64,000 nt of DNA, taken from Tubiluchus corallicola (lineage: Eukaryota > Animalia > Priapulida). The translations under genes were made by a program, and so were the position numbers. This document shows positions 1 to 12,700 of this stretch, one piece after another. The notes beneath the pieces were generated by a model. That model ran no database searches. It was given only the letters and a program-made list of their open reading frames with translations, and was not told where the DNA came from. The stretch lies in contig JAQGDQ010000027.1 in NCBI GenBank assembly GCA_030141605.1, forward strand, positions 186,001-250,000, in the 5' to 3' direction. The number at the start of each line of letters is the position of its first letter. Within the stretch, counting starts at the first letter, position 1.

Positions 1-273
1 GGACGCTTGTGGTGCATTAATTGTGCACTCGCTGTTATTCCAATGCTGGAATTTCCTGTATTAGAACTACTCTTGACTACCAGGATGAATGAAGACGGGT
101 GAATCGTGCCTGGTCAACTGCCAAGTTTTTTTTAAAGGAACGAGCGAGTTTGCGTAAATATCCCGAAATTTGGATACCTAGAAGAAATCCTAATGATTCA
201 CAAGAAATATTTTTTACTCTGAAATGATTTGCGTGGTGCCAAAGTATTGTCAAATTCAATTATTTTGGTAAAA

Positions 274-410
274 AATTTGGGAAATAGTTACAATTCCCAC
301 ACAATTTAAATACCCTAACCCTAACTCTAACACTAATCCTAACTCTAATCCTAATCCACTTAACGAACTGATTTCTGGTGTGTGGGGAATTGTGAACTTT
401 AGCCAAAATT
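274..410. repeat. Small foldback (MITE-like) element with a degenerate (CCCTAA)n core
   Basis: gttacaattcccacaca (287-303) is inverted against tgtgtggggaattgtgaac (379-397), enclosing ccctaaccctaactctaacactaatcctaactctaatcctaatcc. Confidence 0.6.
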
Positions 411-722
411 TGTAGGAATCCCCTAATTAATTAGGACTGCTTAATTAAATAACCAGCTACTAAAATGTATTATAAGCACAAAAGAATGTACCGAAATCTA
501 TTTTCCTTGTCAGCTATGAAAAAATAAGATATAAGTGTAATGGTATTTACGCATTTCGTGAACAACAACAGTAATGTTTTATTTTTCTTTCAGTTTACAT
601 GCACAAAAACTTGTGATTGGTTGATTGTGGATCCTTAATTAGCCTGTGAGGCAGTCATTACGTAAAACCTTACAAAATTTCACTGTCAAAGATGCTAAAA
701 TAGCCAGAGTAAATCCAAACTT

Positions 723-3700
723 ATGGACGGACCCCAGCACTGGTTTGAAGGATCTAACTGGAGGCAAGCGCCCGCTACGCATGCCAGAATGAGGCGACAG
801 AGAAGCAAAGAGTTGAATCATCAAGGAGACAGCTCTTCTGGAGATGAGAATAATGAGCAGTTCACACCAGAGGAGGTTTCTAGAGGAAGACCAAATCGAC
901 ATGTACAAACAATGAATGGTGAGTTGAATATTATAACAAAGTCTCATTGAGACACAAAATCTTAATTAGACAGTTAGAATTAAATATAGCGCAGTAACTA
1001 TAATTATTATGATGTAGTTTTTCCACACGTTGCACATATTTTTGCGTAGTTATTTTTAAAGGCTATTTAAATGGTGAACTGTGATAAGCCATGTTTCAAC
1101 GGTTTATATATGTAATTAACAATTAATAAAATTTTACGCCAACTGGGATATTCTGACTCATCACAGCTCAATGTCTCAAAAACCTATCATTGAGGTCATT
1201 TAGTGTACATTTTTTGTTACAACAAAACATAACAAACATGGATAAATGTAGTCCTTTTCATTATCAAAGTAAACTGACAAAGTGGGATAAAAAAGTTTTG
1301 AATGTAGTATTTTAACTAAAAATACAGAGCAGTTTCCTCTTGTTCTGGTTTGCCAATTACAGAGAAACAACACTTACATTTTTTACAGGAAAGGATTTTT
1401 TGCAGGATATACAGACACGACAGACAGACAGGCAGGCAGGCATAGATATTTGTTTCTGAAAATCAAATTTTTACATGAAAAATTTACGTAATCGATGTAT
1501 ATCCGACGGTTTTCAAATAATATCAAACATCTACTCAACGTAGCTGCACAAAGTATTTAAGCAGATATGCAAGTTTTGAAATTAACTCGTATCTTAGTTA
1601 TTGTATCTCTTAACTCGTATCTCGTAACACGTTTCAAGATAGAAGCGTTTATAAAAGAACGCCACATCACCATATAACCCTGTTTCTCCTCTTTCCAGAG
1701 ATCTATAAATTTCCCTTCAAGACACCCACCAAGCGCTGCTATGACTTTTTGCGTACAGAATTCCGACAATGAGTAACAAGAATGACCTTTCTATGGCGTT
1801 CTTAGGGGAACATCATGCAGTACAACGTCGTGGTGGGGGTTAGTGGGGACTTGGAGAGAAATTTATAGTGTTGTGGAAAGAGGAGAACAGCTACACGATG
1901 ATGGCTACGAGTACGAGTTAAAATGGGGAAAATTCTGGATGGCCCTGTATATCATAACAAGCTTCTGCGATGATGTCTCCTCAAGTATTAAATACGGTGG
2001 CAATTTTTTTATGAAAACGCTTTTGTCCAGTTGAGCGGGGTTTCGATTCTAGTCCCGCAGTTATTAGAGTTATCGCGAAATATTGAGGCATGTTTCATAC
2101 AGTATATTTACTTATCGGATTTGCAGCACTTTGCAGAAAAGTCTTTTGCAGTGTTGGTAATCCGGTTAAGCCCTTGAGCTATTATGGAGAAGACGTCACG
2201 TGCTTGCAATTTCTATTAACTATTCAAGTTTGAAACAAATTTCTCACCTTCCTGTATTTGCTCAATGAGCTTCCAGAAAAGGGACTTCCAAATAGGCAGT
2301 TTTTGATACAATAGTAGTGTGTTTGCTCCCGGAAATAAATGTGAGTCGAATTTATAGATTTGCTAGATATGGTCTTATTATATGGAATTACTCCTAGACA
2401 TGCGCGATGTATTAAATGGTACATGTATGAAATAAGTTCGCTATCATTATTAGATAAATCTGCAATAAGACTGATTGAATTCAATTCCAAATTCGCGAGC
2501 ATGACAGTGTTTATCACTTGACCATGCCTGGTGCAATGTGATTTCCTCGCCAAAACTAGAGATTATTAATTCGAGATGTGTGACACAGCTCATAACTAAT
2601 TATCATTACACTATTCCTGGTCCAGTGCAGTTTAGTCATGTGTGACTGAGCAGTTTGCCCTATTTTGCACTTTGGCTCTTATCTCGGCTCCTCACGCAAT
2701 CCTAAGTTTTTTTGTCTATACTTCTGAGCCCCTGCCCCACTCTGTCTGCAAGATGTGTTTTATATGGATTTTGTCTGAAATAAAAGTGTGAATTGAAATT
2801 CCCTATTTAATAATATGTGAAGTAATACCTACTGCCTTGCAGCTTGTGCGTCTGCTTGCGCAAATAGGCATGCATCTCACAGGAAGTCAGTCTCACGCCC
2901 AAAATAATTATACTTGAGCACGGAAGTGTCACATACTTAAACGAGAACATCTACTAAGCTGAGAAAATACTGACAATTATGTGAAGCCGCCTGAAGAAAA
3001 GTTTCCTCTCCGTACAGAAGTTTTCGAATTCTTATCTCAAATCTTATTTTGAAATGCAATCCCCACACCGAGAAAAGAAAGTGCACAGTGATTTACAAAA
3101 CGTTTCCTTACCACCTAAGTGTAAGAATCCGCGCAAAAAGGGTCAGCAGGGTTCAACAAAACGATCAGGCAAAATCCATTTTCTTCTCGGTTGGTTTTCG
3201 TCTCCTATTTCCCAGAAGTTGTGGAAGTCTGGAAGAAATCAAGGTCAGTGCTAATGCAACAATCTGCCATGGATTATGTATAGTGGTTGTCAGGTGCCAT
3301 AACGTCAGTGGACATTGGAAATAGATGTATTTACACTTTACACTCACTGTTTCGTTCCATCTGCTTTCGTCATTCCGACTTAACACCTTCCCAAAGATTT
3401 ATAAGTTTAACTTAAGGTATACGATTTAACCTTATGCTCACCTTATAAATGTGCATTTAATTATATCAATTAACAGCAAAATTTGTAAATTTTCGTTCAA
3501 GTATACATAATTAAACTAATAGAGGCTGTTACCAAACGTGAAACTTATTTTTATTTGTTACAAGAACAAAATGTGATTGAAATTTATGACACTGAGCATG
3601 CTGGTTGGTAACTACAACTATCAGAAATTGTTCACTGTCCATTGCCAAGAAATTGACACAAATGGGCGAAACTTACGCACAAGAAAATGCAAAAGTTAAG

Positions 3701-6700
3701 AAACTGCTGAAAACGGTTAGCACGTTGAAATTATTTCATGACTTTTCTATCATAGAACGGCAGTTAACTTCGTTAAGGTTCTTTCCGCCTACATATCGCC
3801 GTGCAATACGCTTTCATTAGCATTTCATTCTCAGTTTGTTGAAATATTTTACAGTACGAAGCCTAATTATGCCTGTGGAGATGGGAATGTATTGACAAAT
3901 CAGTGTGCAATAATTTCGCATCTTCTGCACGATAGTTGCTAACAGAGTGGTATATCACATTTCCAATGACGCAAATCCACGATAAAAACTAATTTGTTGC
4001 TTTGCGAACCATTTAAATTGATCGCTTGCCTCTTTAACTCTTCGGATTATCTCGTTTAAGCCAGTTTGTGTATCTTTGGCTTTTAAATGAAGCACAGTCA
4101 AGACAAATTGAAACCAGTTTGTGTCTGAGTGCTAAGCGTGTATAGTTTACAGGAATGTTAACGGTTGTCGTTTCGCACAAAAAATATCTCACAGATACCA
4201 CTCCTGACGTCATGCAGTCGATAGTTTGTTGTTACATTTCAAAAGCTGGAGTTAATATTTATTGTTATACAAGATGTTTTGGCATAGAATCCATATTCTG
4301 ATTTTCAAATAGATGTAAGATTTTTGATCTTGTATATGATATCATTCTATGTAACGTGCTCACATTAAGAGAATCAACATGCTTACGAAGCGCTGAAAAT
4401 TGTGAGTCAACTAATGAGTTTGAACCCAGAACATGCGCTTTCCTGGTAACATAGCAGAAGCAACACGTAGACTTTTGCTTCGGTATGGTCCATCCAGTGA
4501 AATAAAAAAAACTTGTACAAATGCTGACCCAAAGACTACCGACACTGATACAATTTTGCAAAGCAAAATTTTCTGTTGTTGCTTTTGAGAAACAGACTCG
4601 GTAGTTGCAGGGGCCTAAAAAGTGCATAATGCTAGCCATCATAACTGCCTTTGCTACGTAGGCTAATACACTTACTACATTGATGCATTTTGTTCTCTAT
4701 TGTTGCTTTAATACTCCTTTTTAGTATCTACGCGATTCAATAATTCTACTCGCTTTGCTTTGTGGTTTAAAGTGGACACGAAACATAAACGTGCCGACAT
4801 TTGTAAAGTTTACGTGAAATAGTGAATACTGAATGCAAAATTAAACAGAAACAACTTGTCTGGAGTAAATGTTTACACATGGCGGCAAGTGCTTACAGGG
4901 GCGTTTGTCGGTTCATTTCTTACTAATTTCCGAGAAACCAAAATAAAGAAAGAAAGCGGTAAGTTAACTTGGCGTTTTCACAGCTGTGAACGAATTGTGA
5001 AGTTTTGTTAACCAATTTCAACGAAATCATCAAAATTGTCTTCTTTATAATTTGGCTCGAGATGAGTATTCGTAGTATTAATTTCAAGATTACCAATTAA
5101 TAATGACATGGACTAATGAAATTTTATTAAATTTTAAAGTCTAAACTAGACTAGAAGGAGAAAAGAAATGGGAAATTGGGATTTCTTCGATGGGGTTTGG
5201 ATTAAAGGATAATTAAGAAACTGTTTACTTATATGAAGCTAAAATATTTCGTCTTGAAATTTTATATCAACTACATACTGTTTCTTTGCCCACAGAGCTT
5301 GTACTTAAACTCTAATAAAACTTAAACTCCCGCGATGACTCCTTAAACAAGATCAGATAACATTTCATAAAATTCGGAAAAATAATCAAAACATTCGTAC
5401 CGTGCACTTCACTAACTAAACAAAAGTATAAATTGCTTTATCTTGCCAATAAAATTAGTAATATTTTAGATCAGTAACGTTTTTTGGTGCACACTGGGAT
5501 AGTGAAACAGTGACGTCAGTAACATTCTAAGTTATTAAGAATTTTCTTTCTCAGTTACATGCCTTTCAAACAGATTTTAGACCCATACTTTAGAGCCATC
5601 CCTTTTCTTCCCCTTTAGAAGTTAATATTTTGGATTTGTTTCGACATTCTGAATAGTTTAAATTATTATTATAATTAAAATTTATAGTTAAATTTTAATT
5701 ACATTATCGTCAATATGGCGTTTTTCATAAGTCATTTTTCAAACACTGATAATTATAATCAGCCTGATGACCGCTAACAAAGTCACAGGAATAGTCACAA
5801 TTGGTAGGAAAGAGTCAGGTAATCAAACAAAAATATTCAAGTCAGTCACAGTTTATTCAAGTACCATAAACAGATAAAGTAATAAAACAAAAATATTGTA
5901 AATCAGTTAACTGGAAATACATGACTCGTCCATATTGACAGACAACACTATTTATATATGATGACATTATACATATATGAAAAAAATCACGTTTTGTTCA
6001 TATCTTGGGGTTAAGATTCGGATTAGGGGGTAGGGGTCAGGGTTAGCGTTAGGGTTACGGTTATTTCTTTTTTACTGTGATTTTTTCCTGCGACTTTTGT
6101 CTGTGACTTTTTACCTGAATTCGTTGAGTAAAACTTCGATAAATGGTGAACTGGTAGCATAACACAACTTTGAATGTTTTGAACGTCTTTGCTAGATGAC
6201 GTTTTTGGTTTCAGTTGATTACACAGTAAAGTTTTAGTACTGTTCAAAGTGATTTGGCTAGAATAATAAATTTCACTGCGCATTACTATGTTGCTGTAAA
6301 TCCGTCGCCTCCTCGTTTTCATTAAACGACCTTCAGAAAAACTCAGCGCGTGCGTGCCATTCCGCACCGCGTGAAATTACGAGAATTTATTTCTGAGATT
6401 TGCCAACTCAGTAAAACTGCTGGTTTAATCATGTACATGACAATCTTCGCACGTTAAGACTGAAGATATAATAGATTTTCCTTGGCTTCTGAAACCTCTA
6501 AGAACGGCGGGGACGCTGGTCGAAAAGAGAAGTAATTGAAGCATGAACGCACGCACTATAGCTCTTGATAAACCGTGCAAAATACTTCATTGCTGCAGTT
6601 TTCAATGGGCTTCGTTATACATGGCTGTGTAAAGTATGCTAGTTGTGGAGAATTATTAAAATTGCAGGCGGTTCAGTCATTCAGGGACCAAGGTACAACT

Positions 6701-9700
6701 GGGTAGATTTAAACCAAATCCGCGAGCCTAACCTATTTATCACTTGATTATGCCTGATCCGGTGTAATCAGGTGTGACTGAGCAAAGCAGTTTGACCTAT
6801 TTTTCACATTTTGATTGCTGACCCAGGCCCTTAAACACCATTGTCTGAGCCCGTACTCCAAATGTTTATCTTCCAAGCTTCAACCTATAGTACAGTATAG
6901 GAGTTATTCAATGATGTGACCAAACGTAAAGAGGACATCAGCGTATGGATTCTCTTAAATAGAATCGCGAATTAAAAATAAATTACCTTACTGGTATATT
7001 GTATTTATAAGCAACTAGATGAAACGTAGGGGCGTACATGTATTGCGCACCTAAAAAAGTCCTGCTGGGACTCCATTTCTGTTGTTGATTGTCATCATCG
7101 TTGCAGCCATTATCTTGCCTTGTTTCACTGAACCTAATAATGCAACCAGCGCCATTATAACTACAGGCAGATTGTAATTCTTTGCACTAGCCATTTAAAA
7201 CCTGTAAGATTTATGATGGAACTGAAACTTTTCGATAATGCCACTTTTTAATTCCCGATTATACTCATCAAAGAGATAATAATTTGTTGCGGTTTTATGG
7301 ACGCCGCTTACTTCGTTTATCTATTATTTACGAGCCATAAAACTAGCGCTTTTCATCTACTGCCTTTCTTAAGGATCGTCCAAGTTGACGCTTCATACGG
7401 TATGCTCAGTTCTATTTCAACTGTATTTTCATGAGCCGTTTCACATATTTACGGCAACGAACTCCAGCAACGTATTCGTGTTGTTCAAATACACATCTTG
7501 TTCAAGAACTTTGAAACAGGCTGCTAAGTCGTTATAACTGTAAGTGTACTGTACAGTAAAACTAGATCATTTCGTAATTTCGCTGCATTACAAAGTGTGA
7601 AACGGGCACAAGTAAAGGGGCAGACAAAAAAAGTCGCAAATGAAAAATGGGGTAAAATGACACATTTGATAAGATATCAGTTAAGGTTACGGTTATTAAG
7701 GGCAATCACTTATTTTTTGTTATTGAAAGTTTTTGTATCAAAGAAACATATGAGATCATGTGCACGACTTTTTCACATTTTTCAATTTCTGCCCTTACTG
7801 TTTTTTTTTCATTTATCCACTTGTCTTTTTTATGCTCCATATTTATCCTGCCATTATTGCATAACATCATTTGTTATTTACATGGTGAAAAAGCAGACAC
7901 CAAAATAGGGTAATCACTATTCCCCAGCAATCATGACAGTCCGAGGTTCATCTCTTACAGCTGACTAGCCAATTCAGCATTTTTGCCTTAAAGCACGTTT
8001 TGTAATCAGAACGTCCCTGGTTCAAATCTAGGCTATGCTCCAGCTTTTTCTCACTATCTGTTTTCAAGTTTGGTTTCACGGTTGTGGGTTTGTTACGATC
8101 ATTAGTAACAAATCTTGACGCTAGATTATAGCTAATTAATTTGCGGTCAATATTTATTGTTTACTGATTGATAACATGAATGTTGACATAGTGAACTGAA
8201 TTTACTCGCATTTTTTTCAGATATTAATAAACCAAAACATCCAAATTCACCTCTGGAGAATCTTGATCAGGCTGTCACGAATCTACATAACTACTTGAGC
8301 GGTTCTGAAGGGGATGTCGACACCGACAATCCGTTGTCACCGCTGAGGATGCAGGAGAGGACGTGGAACAGGCACGGCGAATCCGTGTCCAGTTCTGCTT
8401 CCAGCCTCTCCTACACGGATGAAGATGGAAGGAGGGCGGTGGAGCAAGATGATGTAACACAGCACGGTAAATTCAGTAAAATATGATTCCTATACGATGC
8501 AACTCATAGTAGAATTAAACATTGACATAAACAATAACTTGGATTGAGCACATTTGCATATAAATTTTGCATTTTTCTTCGTATCATGTTTCTCTAATGT
8601 AGCAGTAGCAGCTCCGGAATTTTAATAGAATGCAGATAGGTTGTTTCAGGCTGTAACAATCTCCCCGAGCAGTAAATTCATTACTGTGGATAATAACAAG
8701 AAAAATTTCATAATACCAGATTGCAAAATTTGATTTGTTCTTGATTGAGACGCGAAAATTGCTTCATTGAATGAAGTGCATTGTGGGACAAATTTTTAAT
8801 AATGCGCTACAAGTAGTTTGTCAAGTTGTGTGGAATTTGATTGAAAAACATACCTTAACTGAATATCTCATTTTGGTACAAGAGGCTTGCGGCTATGACC
8901 AGACAGTATAGTCTAGTGGTAATACGTCCGCTTTCCGTCTGGGAGGTCCTGAGTCATTGTTATTCAATTAGATTCTTGATAGAATGTTAAATCTTGTCAG
9001 TAGGCCTTTTAATATAGGACACAAAATAGTAAAATACCTACTTCCTTCTTATTCATGAGTGTACGAGTTATATTTCACAAAAATTAATAACCAAAATTAT
9101 AAAAAAAGACCTATAACAGAAGTGAATGCAGATTACTAACTAGTGTAAACTGCCGTGCAAAAGAATTTTAAATATTCCTGGGAAGATGCCACAAATAAAC
9201 AGGCAACGTGATACGCGCTTTTTGCCGACCTATTTTAAAACTTTGTAGCGTGGGCCAAAATAAGTTTAACCCTGACCTGTTCTATTATTGATATTTTAAA
9301 ATTCTTGTGATCCAAGACTGGCTTAGAAATAGTTGCATTTCACCCTATCAGAAGTTATTCAGGTCCAAATTCTCACATACTCAGGAACAGAAAAACACTG
9401 TACTGTAACAACTCTGTACATGTTAAAAGTAAATTTGGCTTCGTCTCCTTACGAACAACATTTTTCTGCTGCTTCTGTTTTCTCAGCATCAATAAGATAC
9501 CGTTACACCATACCAGCCATTGAGCAGGTATCAGTTTTTGTTGAGATGACTGATATTGCACAAGGAAACAATGGTACAGACAAAAGAGCACAAGTGGAAA
9601 ACAGAAAACAATAATACGTTTAATAAAAATGAGTTAGGGTTAGATTATTCTTAGAGATAATTATTTTAATTATTTTTACTTCTGCTAAGGGGATCATATT

Positions 9701-12700
9701 TTTAATGCCAGAATGTTATATCTCTCTCTCGAAAGAGGAGGAACGTGGCTACAAAATAGGGTGACATAATAAATGCTTCTGCTAGGACGAATGACTATGA
9801 GTTAGTCAGGTTCCATGTTAAGGAACCCTCGCTGTGTAAAGCTATGAAAGCTGTCTATAATCTTTGCTTGTGTACAGCCTTATAATCAACTTTACGGTAT
9901 ATAAATGCCATAAAAGGGTGAAAAGGGTCGAAGAATTGTAAACAAATAGTAAGTAACTTATTCGTGCACTGTAGATTATAATTTTATTAATTTTTACGAG
10001 CAAAATATTTTGCTTTTTTCATTAGTCTGTATAAAAATTATTTATTTGTATAGGTTTATTTTTGTATGTTTGCCTGTTCGTCTTTGTTTTATGTTTTTCC
10101 TATAAAAAATCATGTTCTTGATTGGCGCAAGTCTGCTTCCCACGTGTGCATTTTACTTTTACACGTGTGCCATTTTTTCTACTTTTCTATTTGTGCCCTT
10201 TTTCCAGTATCATTTCTACCTACATTTGCTTGACATATTGTCTTGCTTGAATAAATGTAGCAATTAAAATTTACCATGTCTTTTGTCTGATTTTATCAAT
10301 GTGAATGGCAATTTTCAAAGAGACTGTTGAATGATCAGATCACTTTGCTATTACACTGTAGAATGGATTGCACAACCTAAAAGATGTCTACAAAACATTA
10401 CTTATTTCTGAATATTTTTATACTGTATGTTATTCTGCAGTTTATTTTACTCAGCAAATTTTAAATAGACATTTTTTGTTTATTGCCACTGTTTTCTAAT
10501 TTCATGCTGCAGCAACTCTGGAGTATCGTTCTATGCAGCCTGGTAAGAAAAACCTAATTTTTTCGTAAAAATGTCCAAATCATCAATAAAAGTGTAAAGC
10601 AAAAACATAACAATAGGGTGATTATTCTCGTTGTTATTTTTGTCACGTTTCTAAAATTATTGATTTTTATTTCAGAGTATATAGACCCGTCCACAGTTGA
10701 ACGCAAATCTCCCCTATCACTGCAAAGTCCGCTGAACAATCCCCGCTTACCTCCTGTGTTACCGCCAAGAAATCCGGGACAGTGTCCGGCATTACGACCA
10801 AGTAACATGGTGCCAAACAGCGATCAGAAAGGTACTATGCATGAAAATGGTGCCGTGCATGATGAGGGTGACAATACGGGTAGCGGTGGGAGTGCGAGAT
10901 CGTTTGAACCAGCTTTTCTTATCAAAACCAGCTCAGGAAATGTGTTTTTCCCTCCAGGTATTGCATGGCTCTGCCTTGTATGTTGCTATATTCTTTGCAA
11001 GCTGAAGCATCTAACCTGTAGACTAACATCATACAATGCTCTAATTTTTGTCTCGATCCCCATTGCTCTCACTATCCCACATTAAGTAGGTTGCTTAGTC
11101 ACTCTACTGTATTAACATCCTCACTTTGGACCTCTAGCGTAGTTTATGTTGTGAACTGTCAGTTTGAAAAGTCAGATTACCTCTGTGATGTAATCGTTAG
11201 CACAGCTACATGGAAATAAAAAACTCTTGGGTTCAACGTGCAAGACTTCAAGGTTAAAGCTTTCAGATAAGGTGTAAACTTTCTAATTTAATACAGCTTC
11301 TGTGCAATTTTCTGATTTACGTTTGGCTTGTAGTGGCTGTGCTTTGTTTAATACATGCTAATACTTAAAGCACCCTACAATTTTCAACACTGCTCACGTA
11401 GTTGCAAATTGATTAGGTGTGCAATATTTTGGTGTGCGTAAAAAGGGAAAAGTAAAAGCTACCAGGAAAAATTAAGTAAAAAGTAAAAGATGTGAATTAC
11501 TGTTATGTTTACGTTTATCTTTTGTGCAGTTTTTTGCTATTGCCTTGTTTGTTATTATCTCCATTACCATGTCTACGTTGCCATCATTTTTCTTTATAGA
11601 CTGACGTTTTTACCAGTTTTTTTACTGTTCTTTATTTACCATTGTCTTTTTTGCTTGTCTTTATTAAACCAATCTACATCACATGTGGGTTCGTTTATTC
11701 CTAGACTAACATGCTTTGGTTATAATTTACTTTCCCTAGCAAGTTTGCAGTTGATTAATTCCTAACAAACTTGTTCTTATTAAATAAGTGTCTTGAACTG
11801 TGTAAAATGTTTAACAACTCACCAAAACGTTGTAAAGTATATTAACCCTTTCGTACCCGCTGTATCCCGTGGGATAAGGGAATATTTTCTGCCTTTAAAA
11901 TTAATAAAATTTTAAAACTGACAGTTATTTGATCTGTTAATAGGTATTTTGATTTAAGCCAATAACAATAGACTAAAAATGGTGATAAAATGGCAAACTA
12001 GAAAGTCTACATAGCATAAAAAACTGTGCAAGGTACAGTACTTTAGAGACGACTTTGTACAGATCAGCATAGCATGCATAATAAATGCTTAAATACTTTA
12101 AAAAATTATCAGCATTTGCAAAATGAAGCACATTTTATGCTTCCATTGAATCCCAATGTATCCCGTGGGATACAGGCTATATTAAGCACGCTGGCACAGG
12201 TAGAAAAAAATTATTATTATGTGTAAACAAGATGGACATACTGAACAAAAGTACCAAGCCAAACATTTTTTTCTTATTAAAAAAATAATTTGGGACTGAA
12301 AGGGTTAATTGTAACCTATTCTGTGTAGCTTTATATAACATTGAGGTCACAACTTGAGCTAATACTTATTGCTAAATAATACACTATCTGAAATAAAGCT
12401 TGCAGTGTACTGTTGTAATATCATTATCCTTGGTGTTCTAGTTCTTCTGGTGATTCTGTGCATATCTAATATTAGAGAGAACATACCAACTAAATGCTAT
12501 GATTATAGTTTATTATTTTACTCCTTCCCAACAGAAGCTGTTATTATTTATCCTAAATATAGAACCCAACCCCTACCACTGTGATTAAGGGTTGCTTACA
12601 TGAAGGCATTATTGACCTGTCTGTTTAATGAAGCCATTGGATATGCTGTTTAGATAGCAAAGAAAATAAATTATGATGAACTTCCACAATTGTTTATAAA

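Noticed and set aside
313-358. Telomere or interstitial telomere (CCCTAA)n
   Set aside because: Short, degenerate and enclosed by inverted arms. Similar tracts recur at ~6010 and ~7680, which fits a MITE core.
8906-8955. Functional tRNA gene
   Set aside because: No intact B box/T arm or acceptor stem; treated as a SINE remnant.
11420-11700. Hydrophobic 86-aa ORF as a membrane protein
   Set aside because: Arises from a T-rich low-complexity arm of a decayed foldback-like repeat (similar at ~7600-7830 and ~10050-10220).
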